IMG/VR virus record: IMGVR_UViG_3300048599_000281
Direction: 5' to 3' (one strand)
Source of the DNA: a virus
DNA length: 64,000 nt
The notes beneath the pieces were generated by a model, which made no database searches, was not told the DNA's origin, and worked only from the letters and a program-made list of their open reading frames with translations. A program made the translations under genes and the position numbers. This document shows, piece after piece, positions 10,101 to 19,092 of the stretch (positions within the stretch are counted from its first letter, which is position 1; each line of letters starts with the position of its first letter).

Positions 10101-11163
10101 AGGTGAACCGCGGCTCAAGAATCTCGTCGCCGTTCTCGTCCTTGAAGCCGGACGGAACCAGTTCGTCGCAATACTGACCGATTCGATAGATCGTGAACTT
10201 GTCGACGATGGATAAATCGACAAATTCACCAAGACCGTATCGGTTGTTGAGAAGCAGATCGCGGAAGATATAGGCCGGGTTGTTGGTCCAGCCCTTCTTC
10301 CAGGTGCCGTCCCAGATCCCGTCATAGGTGCGGGTTTCGGGATCGTAGTTCGACGGCACGTCGATGATCAGGCCGCGATAGCGATAGGCGCGCGCCGGCA
10401 CCGACGAGCCGAATTGTCGGCTGTCGATGTTGAAGCTGACCAGAGCGGAGTTCGGATAGATGAACTTGCCGCGGGTGAGGATCGCGTAGCTTTCCCAATA
10501 GGTGTCGTTCTGAAGCTTGACCTCGGTCGAATCTGCCGTCAGTCGACGCACGCGCAGATCCCAGGGCGCGCCGCCTGTGGGAAGCTCGATCAGGTGCTGG
10601 CGCTGATAGGGCGACGTGCATTTTTGGTTGACGATTTCAGTCAGATGCACCTGGGTCCAGGCGCCACCGTTTGCACGAAGATCGATGGCATAGGAAACAT
10701 CGGTGCCGGTGACATCGCCACTGCTCGAATTTTGACTGGCAAGAGCCGGAATGCGAACAACGACTTTTGCCGCATCAGCGTTGAGATCGCTGATCGTGCG
10801 CACCGGCGCCGCCAGCGATTGCTTTACCTGCACCTCGACCGCGACGTTGGTCTCGCTGCCGGCGACGCCTGAGATCGGATCTTGATCCGGCAAGCCAAAA
10901 CGCTGTGTTACGGAGACGCCCTGAAAATTCAGGCTGTTGTCCGTGTTCTTGATCGGCGTCTTGTTGAGGAAAATCGAAGTCAGAATGGTGTCTTCGGTCA
11001 CCGGCTGGAATTCATCGTCAACCAGGCCGACGCATTCACCCTCGCTGATCAGCTCGGTGATATTGGCGATCGCAAGCGAGCGCAGCGTATTGGCGGATTC
11101 GACGCCAGAACTTTGAGGCTGGCTGCTACCCTTGGCGCCTTCGATAAAGAAATGCTTACTCAT
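7144..11163 (-). CDS. Host specificity / central tail tip protein (lambda gpJ-like)
   Basis: About 1339 aa. N-terminus MSKHFFIEGAKGSSQPQ. Follows the M-L-K-I order. Start moved to ATG 11163, which overlaps the upstream stop. Confidence 0.88.
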   Translation of the reverse strand: MSKHFFIEGAKGSSQPQSSGVESANTLRSLAIANITELISEGECVGLVDDEFQPVTEDTILTSIFLNKTPIKNTDNSLNFQGVSVTQRFGLPDQDPISGVAGSETNVAVEVQVKQSLAAPVRTISDLNADAAKVVVRIPALASQNSSSGDVTGTDVSYAIDLRANGGAWTQVHLTEIVNQKCTSPYQRQHLIELPTGGAPWDLRVRRLTADSTEVKLQNDTYWESYAILTRGKFIYPNSALVSFNIDSRQFGSSVPARAYRYRGLIIDVPSNYDPETRTYDGIWDGTWKKGWTNNPAYIFRDLLLNNRYGLGEFVDLSIVDKFTIYRIGQYCDELVPSGFKDENGDEILEPRFTFNTQIITREDAYRVLQNITTAFRGMAYWSLGQVFATADIPEDPATVISPSNVVNGRFHYSKTALKARHSVAMVSWNDPADFYAPAVEVVQNQNQLARYGWNSIEAQHHGCTSRGQANRFGRWILDAEEHETETVTFDMSFDGHVLEDGQALRPGQIILVNDPHKAGGVRAGGRLVAVNSLTQLKLDAPFAPTIGVTYNVTVVMEDGSLEKRTINSFASGNTIVNLATALPSLPKRGTQFAIQGVDLQGKLYRVLSVREDKQIFSVTALFHDPTKYARVEQGLILDAPTYTRPSNIIRPPTNPHAVESRYFQNGVTHSRVSLSWTSVNDFLALDFKVTADSPRGFVTFAPTNTPSIDIVDPVAGEWTFYIQSVNRAGNVSPPLEYGFTVQGWEAIEVPVVDMLELQGGGTTFEGTAPTLVWENVFPTDAVVYQPENVVRVYDAADHLLRTEIVRQPSYTYDFEKNVNDGGPRRALRFDVTVKGVTGIESDPATISVDNPVPALVTPSIKPGVNTLEISYTPPTDNDFAGVMIWCKSTGGFNPSLIAPDYDGPDTTAVLTLDAGTYYVRVAVYDRFGKQGLNVSSEISVTVTSVSQAIAAVLPSIIETNGAASLLDVEDLAEAVALMSAQMVQDRDDEDGRLQRIHNMLSVQLDNVQARFVQEQYARVEADLAEARARELLSAQIGDGVLAAIANEQTARVTADNALATNISSITTSLNGHTSQINTIQGSYDGVKVQFGVTGTIDNTTGGFLFEGIRKLDGTVSYTLKINADVIVDGSITTDKLAANVITADKLAANVADFVNANINTAYITNLNASNINSNFAIYNKASVLPAPVDKTLITWGANPVGPAVSMTNDVVSSVSYQSNKSSVLIFASVVMGLGTDDGISGSGQSFSVSLQVLNQLGTVIATTTLRSTLTGANAIPTALNGQLYSVSGLMVQVPVGETITVRVVTTIVHGGFGGMSVPYTYTWKFNQANILFLEPRGL

Positions 11164-11818
11164 TATAGGCACCCGCATTTTCGATATCGATGCCGGCGGA
11201 GATCGTCACCGACCCAAAGATGCCTTCGCCATAGACAAGAGGCACCGGCCCGCCCTGCTGGATCGAATTGCCAGGTCCCGAGAACGACCAGGAAGCAGCC
11301 TGATCGACGCTTTCAGAAGTCTTCGGAGTTTCGCTGGCGGCTTTCATCATGCCGACACCGGCAAGCGCGAGCCCGACGCCCACCATGGCGAGCGTGCCGT
11401 ATGTGATGCCTGCACCGCCCAAAATCGCTGTGCCGGGAATAGCCATGCTCATACCACTGAGCAATCCCGCTCCCGCCAGACCACCTGAGAAGAAGATAGC
11501 GGCGCCAACCAGTGCCACGCCGATGATCGCCTTGGTGGTGCCGCGGCCTTTTGCCGAGGAGCCGGCGGCGACCGGGATGATGTGGAGATCGGCATTGCCG
11601 AGGTTGAATTTGCAGACCAGGTCGAGATCGAGCGCCATGCCGCCGGTCTTGCGGCCGCGAATGATCTTGTAGGCACCCTCGCGCAGCGACGCGACGAACT
11701 TGCCCGGAAATGCGCAATCCAGCGCGCGCAGAGCCTCGCTCGCAGTGCTCACGTCGAAACGGAAGACGGAGCCGAATTCTTTCTTCAGCTTGCCGTGAAG
11801 GAAGACGTTGCGCATCAT
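11156..11818 (-). CDS. Tail assembly protein (lambda gpI-like)
   Basis: 220 aa from ATGATG at 11818, overlapping the K-like stop. Gly/Ala-rich hydrophobic centre. The track ORF extension to 12091 overlaps K and is rejected. Confidence 0.8.
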   Translation of the reverse strand: MMRNVFLHGKLKKEFGSVFRFDVSTASEALRALDCAFPGKFVASLREGAYKIIRGRKTGGMALDLDLVCKFNLGNADLHIIPVAAGSSAKGRGTTKAIIGVALVGAAIFFSGGLAGAGLLSGMSMAIPGTAILGGAGITYGTLAMVGVGLALAGVGMMKAASETPKTSESVDQAASWSFSGPGNSIQQGGPVPLVYGEGIFGSVTISAGIDIENAGAYNE

Positions 11819-12618
11819 TTCGCCGTTCCCTCGTATCGGATCCAGAGATCGGCGGCGCGCACCCACATTGCGGCCTGCTCGCGACGCGACGCACGGCCCG
11901 GCAGGTGATGCAGAATCTCGCCGCGGTTCAGCAGAACGCCGCCGTGATTGAGCTTGTTCAGCGGATTGCCGCGATGATCGCCAAAGCGCATCAGGAAGAC
12001 ATCGCCCGGCTGGGCTTCGGCGCGGCTGATAATCTTGAAGCCGTATTTCGACAGCCCATCCTGGTAGAGATCGCGATCGGATTCTCGCCACCAGCCGTCG
12101 CCGCGCGCGACATTCGGCAGCTCGATTGGATCAAACGGCCAGTCGATATGCTGCTCGCACAGCTTGTCCTTGCCGAGCCGGTAAGCGTCGCGCATGACCG
12201 CATAGCAGTCGAAGATGCCGTGAATGAAAGGCCGCCCGACAATCGGCGCGATCGGCAATTGATCGCCCCAGCCGATCGTATCGAGGATCACATCTTCATT
12301 GAGTGGAATGATGAACCACGGCACATCTGTCGCGAGCTGCTGCGCCATGTCCTTTTCGGACGGATAGATCGGCCCGTTCGGATGGGAATGAATAATAGCC
12401 TTCAGCGAGCCCGCGGTGATCGCCTTTTCCAGCCGCGGATCCTCGATTCGGAAATCGGCAAGCGGATCCGCGGCCTGATTCTGGCACGCCACATATTTGC
12501 CGCGCGCGACGAAGCCGCAGCTTTCCTTGGGAAACTGCTCTCGCGCATGCGCCTGCGCCGCCGCCAGAACCTTCGACCCTAGATATTGAGCGATGGCGTT
12601 CTGATAGATCGTCGTCAC
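11815..12618 (-). CDS. Tail tip assembly protein (lambda gpK-like), MPN/JAB + NlpC/P60 domains
   Basis: HSHPNG metalloprotease-type motif plus a C-terminal FDCY Cys and downstream His, which is the gpK architecture. Confidence 0.88.
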   Translation of the reverse strand: MTTIYQNAIAQYLGSKVLAAAQAHAREQFPKESCGFVARGKYVACQNQAADPLADFRIEDPRLEKAITAGSLKAIIHSHPNGPIYPSEKDMAQQLATDVPWFIIPLNEDVILDTIGWGDQLPIAPIVGRPFIHGIFDCYAVMRDAYRLGKDKLCEQHIDWPFDPIELPNVARGDGWWRESDRDLYQDGLSKYGFKIISRAEAQPGDVFLMRFGDHRGNPLNKLNHGGVLLNRGEILHHLPGRASRREQAAMWVRAADLWIRYEGTAK

Positions 12619-13349
12619 AGCCGCACCCGTGCGACGCCAGGAAAACCGCCGAATGGCAGCGGCTGTGCGTTATCGAAACGCTTGCGGCAGCCGCTATTGA
12701 GCTGATGGCTGCATTTGTCGTTTGCGGCCGAGGTCGATTGGCCGAGGTCGTCAAAGGCGGCGACACCGGTATAGGGACAGGGGTTAATGGTCGGATAGAC
12801 GTAGCCGTCGAGCGCTGCGAGCGGGTGGGATGGGTCGTATCGGCGATAGCGCATCGAGCACACGTCGCGCAGAACCTGCCGGCCCGGCAGCATTCGACCT
12901 TCCTGATCGATCGCCGCAGACAGCTCCCATTCGGCCGAAACACCGCTCACCTCCTCGGAAAGCCGCTCGATCCGGAACACGTCTGGGCCAAGGTAGGCGC
13001 CGGCATCCGCTTCCGGCTGGCCGTCAAGACATTCCTGAAAGGTGCGAACTCGGCGAATTTCACAGCCGGCAAGGTCGCCCCAGGCGTTGATCATGGCTTG
13101 CATGATGTCGCTCGTGATCGCGAGCTTCATCTTGGGCGTCGGCAGCGAGCCGCCGGCGACGACCTCAAAATCGCTGAACTGGATATCAATCGGGGTATAG
13201 GCGAGACCGCCAAAAGTGACCGGTTCGCTGCCGAGCTTGCCCTGACAGAAATAATGGATCGACCCGCCCACCAGGCTCGTATCGAGCCGGAACAGCTCGA
13301 CATAGGCCGTGAGGCTTGGTTTCTTGGAGATCCGGGTGAGGGTCGACAT
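12615..13349 (-). CDS. Minor tail protein (lambda gpL-like)
   Basis: 244 aa from ATG 13349. C-terminal Cys cluster CSHQLNSGCRKRF. Position between the M-like and K-like genes. Confidence 0.85.
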   Translation of the reverse strand: MSTLTRISKKPSLTAYVELFRLDTSLVGGSIHYFCQGKLGSEPVTFGGLAYTPIDIQFSDFEVVAGGSLPTPKMKLAITSDIMQAMINAWGDLAGCEIRRVRTFQECLDGQPEADAGAYLGPDVFRIERLSEEVSGVSAEWELSAAIDQEGRMLPGRQVLRDVCSMRYRRYDPSHPLAALDGYVYPTINPCPYTGVAAFDDLGQSTSAANDKCSHQLNSGCRKRFDNAQPLPFGGFPGVARVRL

Positions 13350-13359
13350 GGCCAGACAG

Positions 13360-13377
13360 TAAGTCAGGACTGACTGA
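13360..13377. repeat. AGTCA-N4-TGACT family palindrome, copy 3
   Basis: TAAGTCAGGACTGACTGA. It fills most of the 31-nt gap before the L-like ATG, which has no Shine-Dalgarno. Confidence 0.9.
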
Positions 13378-13380
13378 TTA

Positions 13381-13728
13381 TCAAGGCCAAAGCGAGAAGT
13401 CCTCGATGAAGGTCGCCGTGAAGCTGTCCGGATTCTGGCGCTTGCGGCTCCAGTCCTTGCACTTCCATTGCCGGACCGTGTCGTTGGAGAGCGCGTAGAG
13501 GAACGGGATATAGCCACCCTTCCCTTCCATGAACGTCTCCAGTGCCGCGGCCTGAACGATGGTGAGCGCCTCCCAGGTCAGACTGACCTCGCGCTTCAGG
13601 AAATTGATGCCGTCTGGCATTTCCTGGGTATAGCCGTCACCGAAATCGACCGACAGCAGCTTGAGCCGCGGTTTGGTCGAGGTGCCGGGCGACGGATCAT
13701 AAGGTGGCGCGAATGTGTCGAGAGCCAT
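13381..13728 (-). CDS. Minor tail protein (lambda gpM-like)
   Basis: 115 aa, immediately downstream of the tape measure gene. Confidence 0.8.
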   Translation of the reverse strand: MALDTFAPPYDPSPGTSTKPRLKLLSVDFGDGYTQEMPDGINFLKREVSLTWEALTIVQAAALETFMEGKGGYIPFLYALSNDTVRQWKCKDWSRKRQNPDSFTATFIEDFSLWP

Positions 13729-13732
13729 TTTA

Positions 13733-16700
13733 TCACCGCATCTGATTCAGCATGCCGCCTGGGCGCTGCTGCTGCCGGATTTCCTTGGCCGCGCGAGCGC
13801 CCATCACGTTTTCAAGCTGCTTGGTGATCCGATCAGCCAGGTCCTGATTCTGCTCTGGCGTGCCGCCGCCGCCGGAGACGTTGACGTTGTAGTTGTTGGT
13901 GGTGCTCTGACCGCCGCCGAAAGCATGACGAAGCTGGTTCGGCCAGCCGGTGATCTCGCCCTTCATCGCGGTGATTGGCACTTCGCCCGAGCGGAAGCCA
14001 ACCATACCTCCAACGTGCTGCTTGACGGCGTTCTTCCAGGCGGAAGCGGGAAACAGCCGATCGTTGTTGATGAGACCATTGATGACGCCGCCACCGTGAC
14101 GAGTTGGCGTGCCAATGACCGGCACCTTGGTGCCGCCCTGCATATAACTGCCGGTCTTGCCGGCGCCGCCACCCATGCCGGCGAATGCCGAGCCCGCCAG
14201 ATAGCGGATCGCCATGCGAGCCATATCCTTCAGGATCGTCTCGCCGACGCTCGCAAGACTCTGCAGCTCAAACTTGCCCTTCACCACCATTTCGGCGAGC
14301 TTGTCCGTCGTCTGGTCCATCCAGCCGTTAAATGAACGCGCGAGCTGATTGCCGATATCGGCCCATTCCCGCATCTGCTTGGCAACGGGGTGCTCGGCGA
14401 GCGTGAGCGCGCGATAGGCGCGAATTCGGCGCTGAGCCGTCTCCTCGATCTTGGCGCGCTGTTCAGCATCGTCCCCGACAAGCTTCACCATGTCGTAGAT
14501 GCGCTTTACCTCGTGCTGGAAGTTTGCCTCGCGCTGCTGATCCTGCGTCAGCAAGCTCACTTCCATCTGACGAGTCTTTTCCTGCTCGCTCGCAATCGCG
14601 CTGCCGACCTCAAGGTCGGTCAGGGCCTTCTTGCGACCGTTCAGAATTGTAAGATCCTGCTCCTGCTTTTCCGCAGAGATCTTGCCGATCTGATAGGCCT
14701 TTTGAACCGCCGCGATGTATTCGTTGACGGTTGCTGTTTCGCGGAAGAACTGGTTCGACGGCTTGAAGGTGCTTTCGTCAGCGAAGCGACGGCGCAGATC
14801 AGCCTCACGCTCGGCAATGCTACGCCCCTGCGCCGCGGCGGCGCCTTCATTACCTTCGGTTCCCATAATGCGATCGTATTGATCACGAACACGCTTGGTC
14901 TCCAGCTCCTGCTTTTTGACCTGATCGTATTTTTCCGCCTGTTCGATCAGCCGGGCATAGCGCTGCGATTCCGGATCGCGATCGGGACCGTATTCGCCCG
15001 ATGCGATCAGCGCGCGATACTTCGCAACCTCGCCAGTCAGACCCTTCTGGGCGTCCTGTTCCTTCTGGGTATTGGCAATGGTGTCGCGCTGCGCCTGCGA
15101 CAGCTTCTCGTCGGTCACAAGGCGATTGCGCTCGGTCAGAAGCCGATTTGACTCACTGATTAGCGCCCGCTGTTGCGGATCCTGGTTGGAATAGAACTTG
15201 TCGAATTCCGCGCTCGAACCCGAGCCGGTGCGCGGCGCAGTATAGGCCGTGCCGAAGCGCTGCTGCGCCCAGGTCTGCAGGTCGCCAACAGTGTTGAGCT
15301 TGGAGAACACACCCTGGTTGGCGGCGCGCGCCGCATCGAGCGAACGAATGCTCGAAAGCTGCGTGTCCATGCTCTTACTAAGCGTAGCGATCGCGCCATC
15401 CGGGCCAAGGAAATGCGCCAGATAGACATTGGCATCGTTGGTATCGATGCCGGCGCGGTCGAGCTTCTCGACGTTGCGCGACGAATACCAGGCGATCGCC
15501 TCACGCGCGAGCTTCGCATCGGTGCGCAGGCCGTAATTCTTTTCCTGATCGCTCGAAATCAGCTCCGGATGCATTTCCTTGAGGAATTCCATCCAGGTCG
15601 ACTTGATGAATTGGCCAAGGCCAAGCGCGCTGGAATCTGGGTTCTTGGCGAACGGGTTGCCGCTCGATTCCTGACCCACCAGGCGATCCATGAAGGTGCG
15701 GTTGTTGCCGCCCTGCGAGAAGCGCGCTGCAACCGCAACGCTACCGCCGATCAAATCTGCGCCGCCGAGCGCCGCACCCTTCACGCCAAGCCAGGCATTC
15801 TTCAGACCGCCGAGCACGCCGGTCAGGCGCTCGACCTTGCTCGACATATTGTCACCGAGCGCGCTCGACATTGCGTCTTCGGCGCCCTTCGCCTCCTGCT
15901 TAATACCCGCGAGCATCTGCTGGAGAACGCTGGTCGACGAACCGCCGCCGTAGAGGCCGTTCTTCCACTTCACGGCCATCTTGTCGTAGGCCGACATGCC
16001 GCGGCTCTGGGCGTCGACGATCTCCTCCTGAACCTTCTCCATCTGAGAGGTCAGGTCGCTGTTCAGCTTCTTCTGGCCCTGCACCTGCGCCTGGATCTTC
16101 TCCAGCTCGGTGCCGACCCGCTGCAGCTCGTCGATGGTCTTTTTGACTTCTTCGTTATCGACCGGGCCGTACCTCCGGGCCTCGGTGATCGCGTAGATGA
16201 GCTTCTCAACGTCGCCTTTGGCGCCGCCGAGCTCCGCCCGGCTCTGGACGATTTCAGACTTCAGCTCGACGATCTTGAGCCGGCCCTTTTCAAGGAGCTG
16301 ATCCATGTTCGGCAGCTTGGTGATCTGCTGCACGCCGCCGGCACGCTTCTCCTCGGCCTCGCGCGCCTCCAGGAACTGACGCTTCTTGGCGAGCAATTCC
16401 CCGTTGAGCTTTTCGGCCGCACGGATCTGCGATTCGTCAGAGGTCTGGCCAAGGATTTCAGCGTTGCGCAATCCACGCTCGATGATCGCGATCTGGTCGT
16501 CATAGAATCGCAGGTTCGCAGCCTTCTGCTGCTCCTGATAATCCTTGGTGATCTTGACCGTATCCATGTTGGCGGCAGCGGCCGCCGCGATCGCCTGCTT
16601 ATTGAATTCGGCGCGCTTGATCGATGCGGCATCGTAGGCGCGGCGAACGACTTCGCTCTCCGCGTCGATGCTCTCCGTCTTCTTGCGCGCAATCGCGTCG

Positions 16701-18292
16701 CCTTCATATTTCGTGGCATCTTCCATGCCCGCGGCGATCTTGGAGCGCACCTCCTTGATCGTGGCTTCAAGCTGAGGAATGCCGAAGAATTCGCGGTATT
16801 TCTGTTTGATCTTCTCGCCGCCGAAGCTGAAATACTTGTCGACGAAGTCGTTATCCGCCTTCGCGCGAGCTTCCAGCGACCTCAGATAGCCCTCGGCATC
16901 CTTGACCTGCTGACGCGAGGTCGCGCCGAACTGTTCGAGGTTCTGATAGGCATCCTTGGCCTTGTTGGAGAACAGACCGAAAGCGGCCGCGGTCGCGATC
17001 ACCGCGCCGGCGAGCGGCAGTGCAATCGAAGCGATTGTGCCCATCGCGACGCCGGCAAAGCTGATCGCAGCTCCAAGACCACGAACTGCTACTGCGGCGC
17101 CGGCGGCGACACCGCTCATTTGTCCCGTCGCAACCAATGCAGTGCCGATCGCTTGGCTTTGCGCCATTGCGTTCGTCATGCCGATCCATGCAAGGGTGAG
17201 TGTGCGCGCTTCGGTGACAAGCATGCCAATCGCAGCGCTGATGCTCATCAGGCCGCCGATCAGAACCTTGCCGGCGAAAGCAACAGCCAGCACCTGCGCT
17301 GCGAGCAGCAATTCGTTGCGGAAGCGAACGATCCACTCGATGCCGCTGCGGAGCCAGGTAACCGCGGTCGACAACCCCTCCCCGAGCTGCTTGGCGAAAT
17401 TGCTCGCCACCGGGCTCGCCAGGAACTCATTCAGATCCTTGAGCTGACCCTTCAGATTGTCGAAGAAGCCACCGGTGCCTTCTTTGCCGCCCGCCTCCAG
17501 CGCGAGGTTTTGCAGGATCGTCTTCAACTGAGCGATCCGGCCTGCGAAGGTGTTCATTTGTGCCGAAGCGGCGCCACCAAAGGTGCGCTCGAACTCGGCC
17601 TGCAGAGCCTCCAGCGTCGATTTCGACTCGACCGTGCCGGTGCTGATCTTGGAGAGTAAGCTCGCCATCGACAGCCCGGTGGCGCGTGCCATCAATTCAA
17701 CCGCGCGTGGAATGTGTTCGCCGAGCTGCTGGCGAAGTTCTTCCATCTGGATCACGCCCTTACCCGACATCTGGGTGATGGCGATCGTGACCCGGTTGAG
17801 CTGCTCGTCGGTGCCGCCGGCGGCGGCCACCGCGTCGACATAGGATTTCAGCGCACCCTTCATCGGATCAATGCCGGTGGCGCGCATCTTGACGAAGGAA
17901 TTGGTCAGAGCCTGCAAGGACAGCGGCGCCTGAAGCGCAAAATCACGCAGGTATTTGAGCTGGCTCGCCGCATCCTTTACCGGATCGGCCGCGGTCGACA
18001 TGCCTTTCAGGAGCGTGGTGAGACGCTCCATTTCGGAATTCACCTTGACGATATCGCCGATCCAGCCGGTCGTGACCGCGCGCACATTGGAGAAGGCCTG
18101 GTGCGCGAGGCCAAGAACGATCGTGATGTCGCGAAGGGTCGACAGGAAGCCCTGCGACCCTTCGGTGACGCGCCGGACGCGGGTATAAGTGTCCCCGAGA
18201 TTTTGATTGAACTGGCGAACGGATTCACCCGCATGCAACATGCGGGTGGTGAATTCGCCCGTATCCAGCTCAAGCTCAATTCGAATGGACAC
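13733..18292 (-). CDS. Tape measure protein with internal lytic transglycosylase domain
   Basis: GTG start with GGAGGA 10 nt upstream. 1519 aa, coiled-coil and Ala-rich. SLT-type motif GQESSGNPFAKNPDSSALGLGQF. Confidence 0.9.
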   Translation of the reverse strand: MSIRIELELDTGEFTTRMLHAGESVRQFNQNLGDTYTRVRRVTEGSQGFLSTLRDITIVLGLAHQAFSNVRAVTTGWIGDIVKVNSEMERLTTLLKGMSTAADPVKDAASQLKYLRDFALQAPLSLQALTNSFVKMRATGIDPMKGALKSYVDAVAAAGGTDEQLNRVTIAITQMSGKGVIQMEELRQQLGEHIPRAVELMARATGLSMASLLSKISTGTVESKSTLEALQAEFERTFGGAASAQMNTFAGRIAQLKTILQNLALEAGGKEGTGGFFDNLKGQLKDLNEFLASPVASNFAKQLGEGLSTAVTWLRSGIEWIVRFRNELLLAAQVLAVAFAGKVLIGGLMSISAAIGMLVTEARTLTLAWIGMTNAMAQSQAIGTALVATGQMSGVAAGAAVAVRGLGAAISFAGVAMGTIASIALPLAGAVIATAAAFGLFSNKAKDAYQNLEQFGATSRQQVKDAEGYLRSLEARAKADNDFVDKYFSFGGEKIKQKYREFFGIPQLEATIKEVRSKIAAGMEDATKYEGDAIARKKTESIDAESEVVRRAYDAASIKRAEFNKQAIAAAAAANMDTVKITKDYQEQQKAANLRFYDDQIAIIERGLRNAEILGQTSDESQIRAAEKLNGELLAKKRQFLEAREAEEKRAGGVQQITKLPNMDQLLEKGRLKIVELKSEIVQSRAELGGAKGDVEKLIYAITEARRYGPVDNEEVKKTIDELQRVGTELEKIQAQVQGQKKLNSDLTSQMEKVQEEIVDAQSRGMSAYDKMAVKWKNGLYGGGSSTSVLQQMLAGIKQEAKGAEDAMSSALGDNMSSKVERLTGVLGGLKNAWLGVKGAALGGADLIGGSVAVAARFSQGGNNRTFMDRLVGQESSGNPFAKNPDSSALGLGQFIKSTWMEFLKEMHPELISSDQEKNYGLRTDAKLAREAIAWYSSRNVEKLDRAGIDTNDANVYLAHFLGPDGAIATLSKSMDTQLSSIRSLDAARAANQGVFSKLNTVGDLQTWAQQRFGTAYTAPRTGSGSSAEFDKFYSNQDPQQRALISESNRLLTERNRLVTDEKLSQAQRDTIANTQKEQDAQKGLTGEVAKYRALIASGEYGPDRDPESQRYARLIEQAEKYDQVKKQELETKRVRDQYDRIMGTEGNEGAAAAQGRSIAEREADLRRRFADESTFKPSNQFFRETATVNEYIAAVQKAYQIGKISAEKQEQDLTILNGRKKALTDLEVGSAIASEQEKTRQMEVSLLTQDQQREANFQHEVKRIYDMVKLVGDDAEQRAKIEETAQRRIRAYRALTLAEHPVAKQMREWADIGNQLARSFNGWMDQTTDKLAEMVVKGKFELQSLASVGETILKDMARMAIRYLAGSAFAGMGGGAGKTGSYMQGGTKVPVIGTPTRHGGGVINGLINNDRLFPASAWKNAVKQHVGGMVGFRSGEVPITAMKGEITGWPNQLRHAFGGGQSTTNNYNVNVSGGGGTPEQNQDLADRITKQLENVMGARAAKEIRQQQRPGGMLNQMR

Positions 18293-18641
18293 TTGTTCCT
18301 AATCCTCCGGAGAACAATTGCTTCAGTTCAGCGATGCCCGATCTGTGTGTCTCCCTGTCCAGGTCGATCGAGACCGATGCGGATTGCTCGACCCTGGCGA
18401 TCGTCCCCATCTGCTCCTTCAGGTTCTTCATCAGCTCCTGAAAGCCGTCCGAGGACTGGACTTGCGCAAGCATCATGGCCTGCTGGTAATTGTCGTCCGC
18501 ACGCATGCGGTCGATGTTGCGGTTCAGCATCCAGAAGATCCTCAGTGGAAGGTTGAGGACCTTGTCGACATCGCCGAACCCGTAGGTTTTCAGGACGCGG
18601 GAGAAGATGTAGCCGATGTCGATTTCGGTGATTTTCTCCCC
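18276..18641 (-). CDS. T-frame extension of the tail assembly chaperone (GT product via -1 frameshift)
   Basis: The -1 frame is open from 18704 down to its stop at 18276 and reads ..EKITEIDIGYIFSRVLKTYGFGDVDKVLNLPLRIFWMLNRNIDRMRADDNYQQ... There is no independent RBS. Confidence 0.6.
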   Translation of the reverse strand, partial: GEKITEIDIGYIFSRVLKTYGFGDVDKVLNLPLRIFWMLNRNIDRMRADDNYQQAMMLAQVQSSDGFQELMKNLKEQMGTIARVEQSASVSIDLDRETHRSGIAELKQLFSGGLGTSVHSN

Positions 18642-19006
18642 TGCTTGGGGTCCTTGCCGGCGGCTGCCGCAGCCTCCTGCAAAGCCGGACTGTCGGCGCT
18701 GGCTTCACTCGCCTTCTCGACGATCTCGCGCAGCTTGGTGAGCTGCGGCAGCGTGAGCTGCATCAGCCGCTCCTCGGAAATCGTGGGGAACGAGCGCACC
18801 AGCATCTTCGCGACGATCTCGATTTCTTCGAGCGGATCGACGGGTTTGCCGTCGGCGCGGCGCTTCTCGATATCGGAGAGGATCCGCATGTTCTCGATGA
18901 AGTCCTTGAGCGAGAGCTGCTTCATCGCGTGTGTCTTGCCGTCGAGACCGATTTCGACCATCGCCGGCGACACCGTGTCGAGGTCGATGAAATTGGGTTG
19001 GGACAT
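18590..19006 (-). CDS. Tail assembly chaperone (gpG-like)
   Basis: 138 aa between the major tail and tape measure genes. The overlapping -1 frame continues to the tape measure start. Confidence 0.75.
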   Translation of the reverse strand: MSQPNFIDLDTVSPAMVEIGLDGKTHAMKQLSLKDFIENMRILSDIEKRRADGKPVDPLEEIEIVAKMLVRSFPTISEERLMQLTLPQLTKLREIVEKASEASADSPALQEAAAAAGKDPKQGRKSPKSTSATSSPAS

Positions 19007-19020
19007 CTGGGGCCTGTGTG

Positions 19021-19055
19021 AAACGAAAACTGGCGATCCGGGGTCCCGGATCGCC
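19021..19055 (-). terminator. Rho-independent terminator after the major tail gene
   Basis: Minus-strand GGCGATCCGGGACCCCGGATCGCC followed by AGTTTTCGTTT. Confidence 0.8.
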
Positions 19056-19070
19056 AGTCAGTATTGACTG
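19055..19070. repeat. AGTCA-N4-TGACT family palindrome, copy 4
   Basis: CAGTCAGTATTGACTG, directly abutting the terminator hairpin. Confidence 0.9.
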
Positions 19071-19092
19071 AACTTTAGAAGCCCGTCAAGGC

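Noticed and set aside
11819-12091. N-terminal extension of the gpI-like ORF (track ORF 11156..12091); similar long extensions at 12615..13517, 31546..32247, 33105..33842, 40670..41188, 49048..49623 and 52339..52914
   Set aside because: The extensions overlap the upstream gene and translate to Arg/Pro/Ser-rich low-complexity sequence. Internal starts with an RBS or ATGA-type coupling give products of the expected family size.
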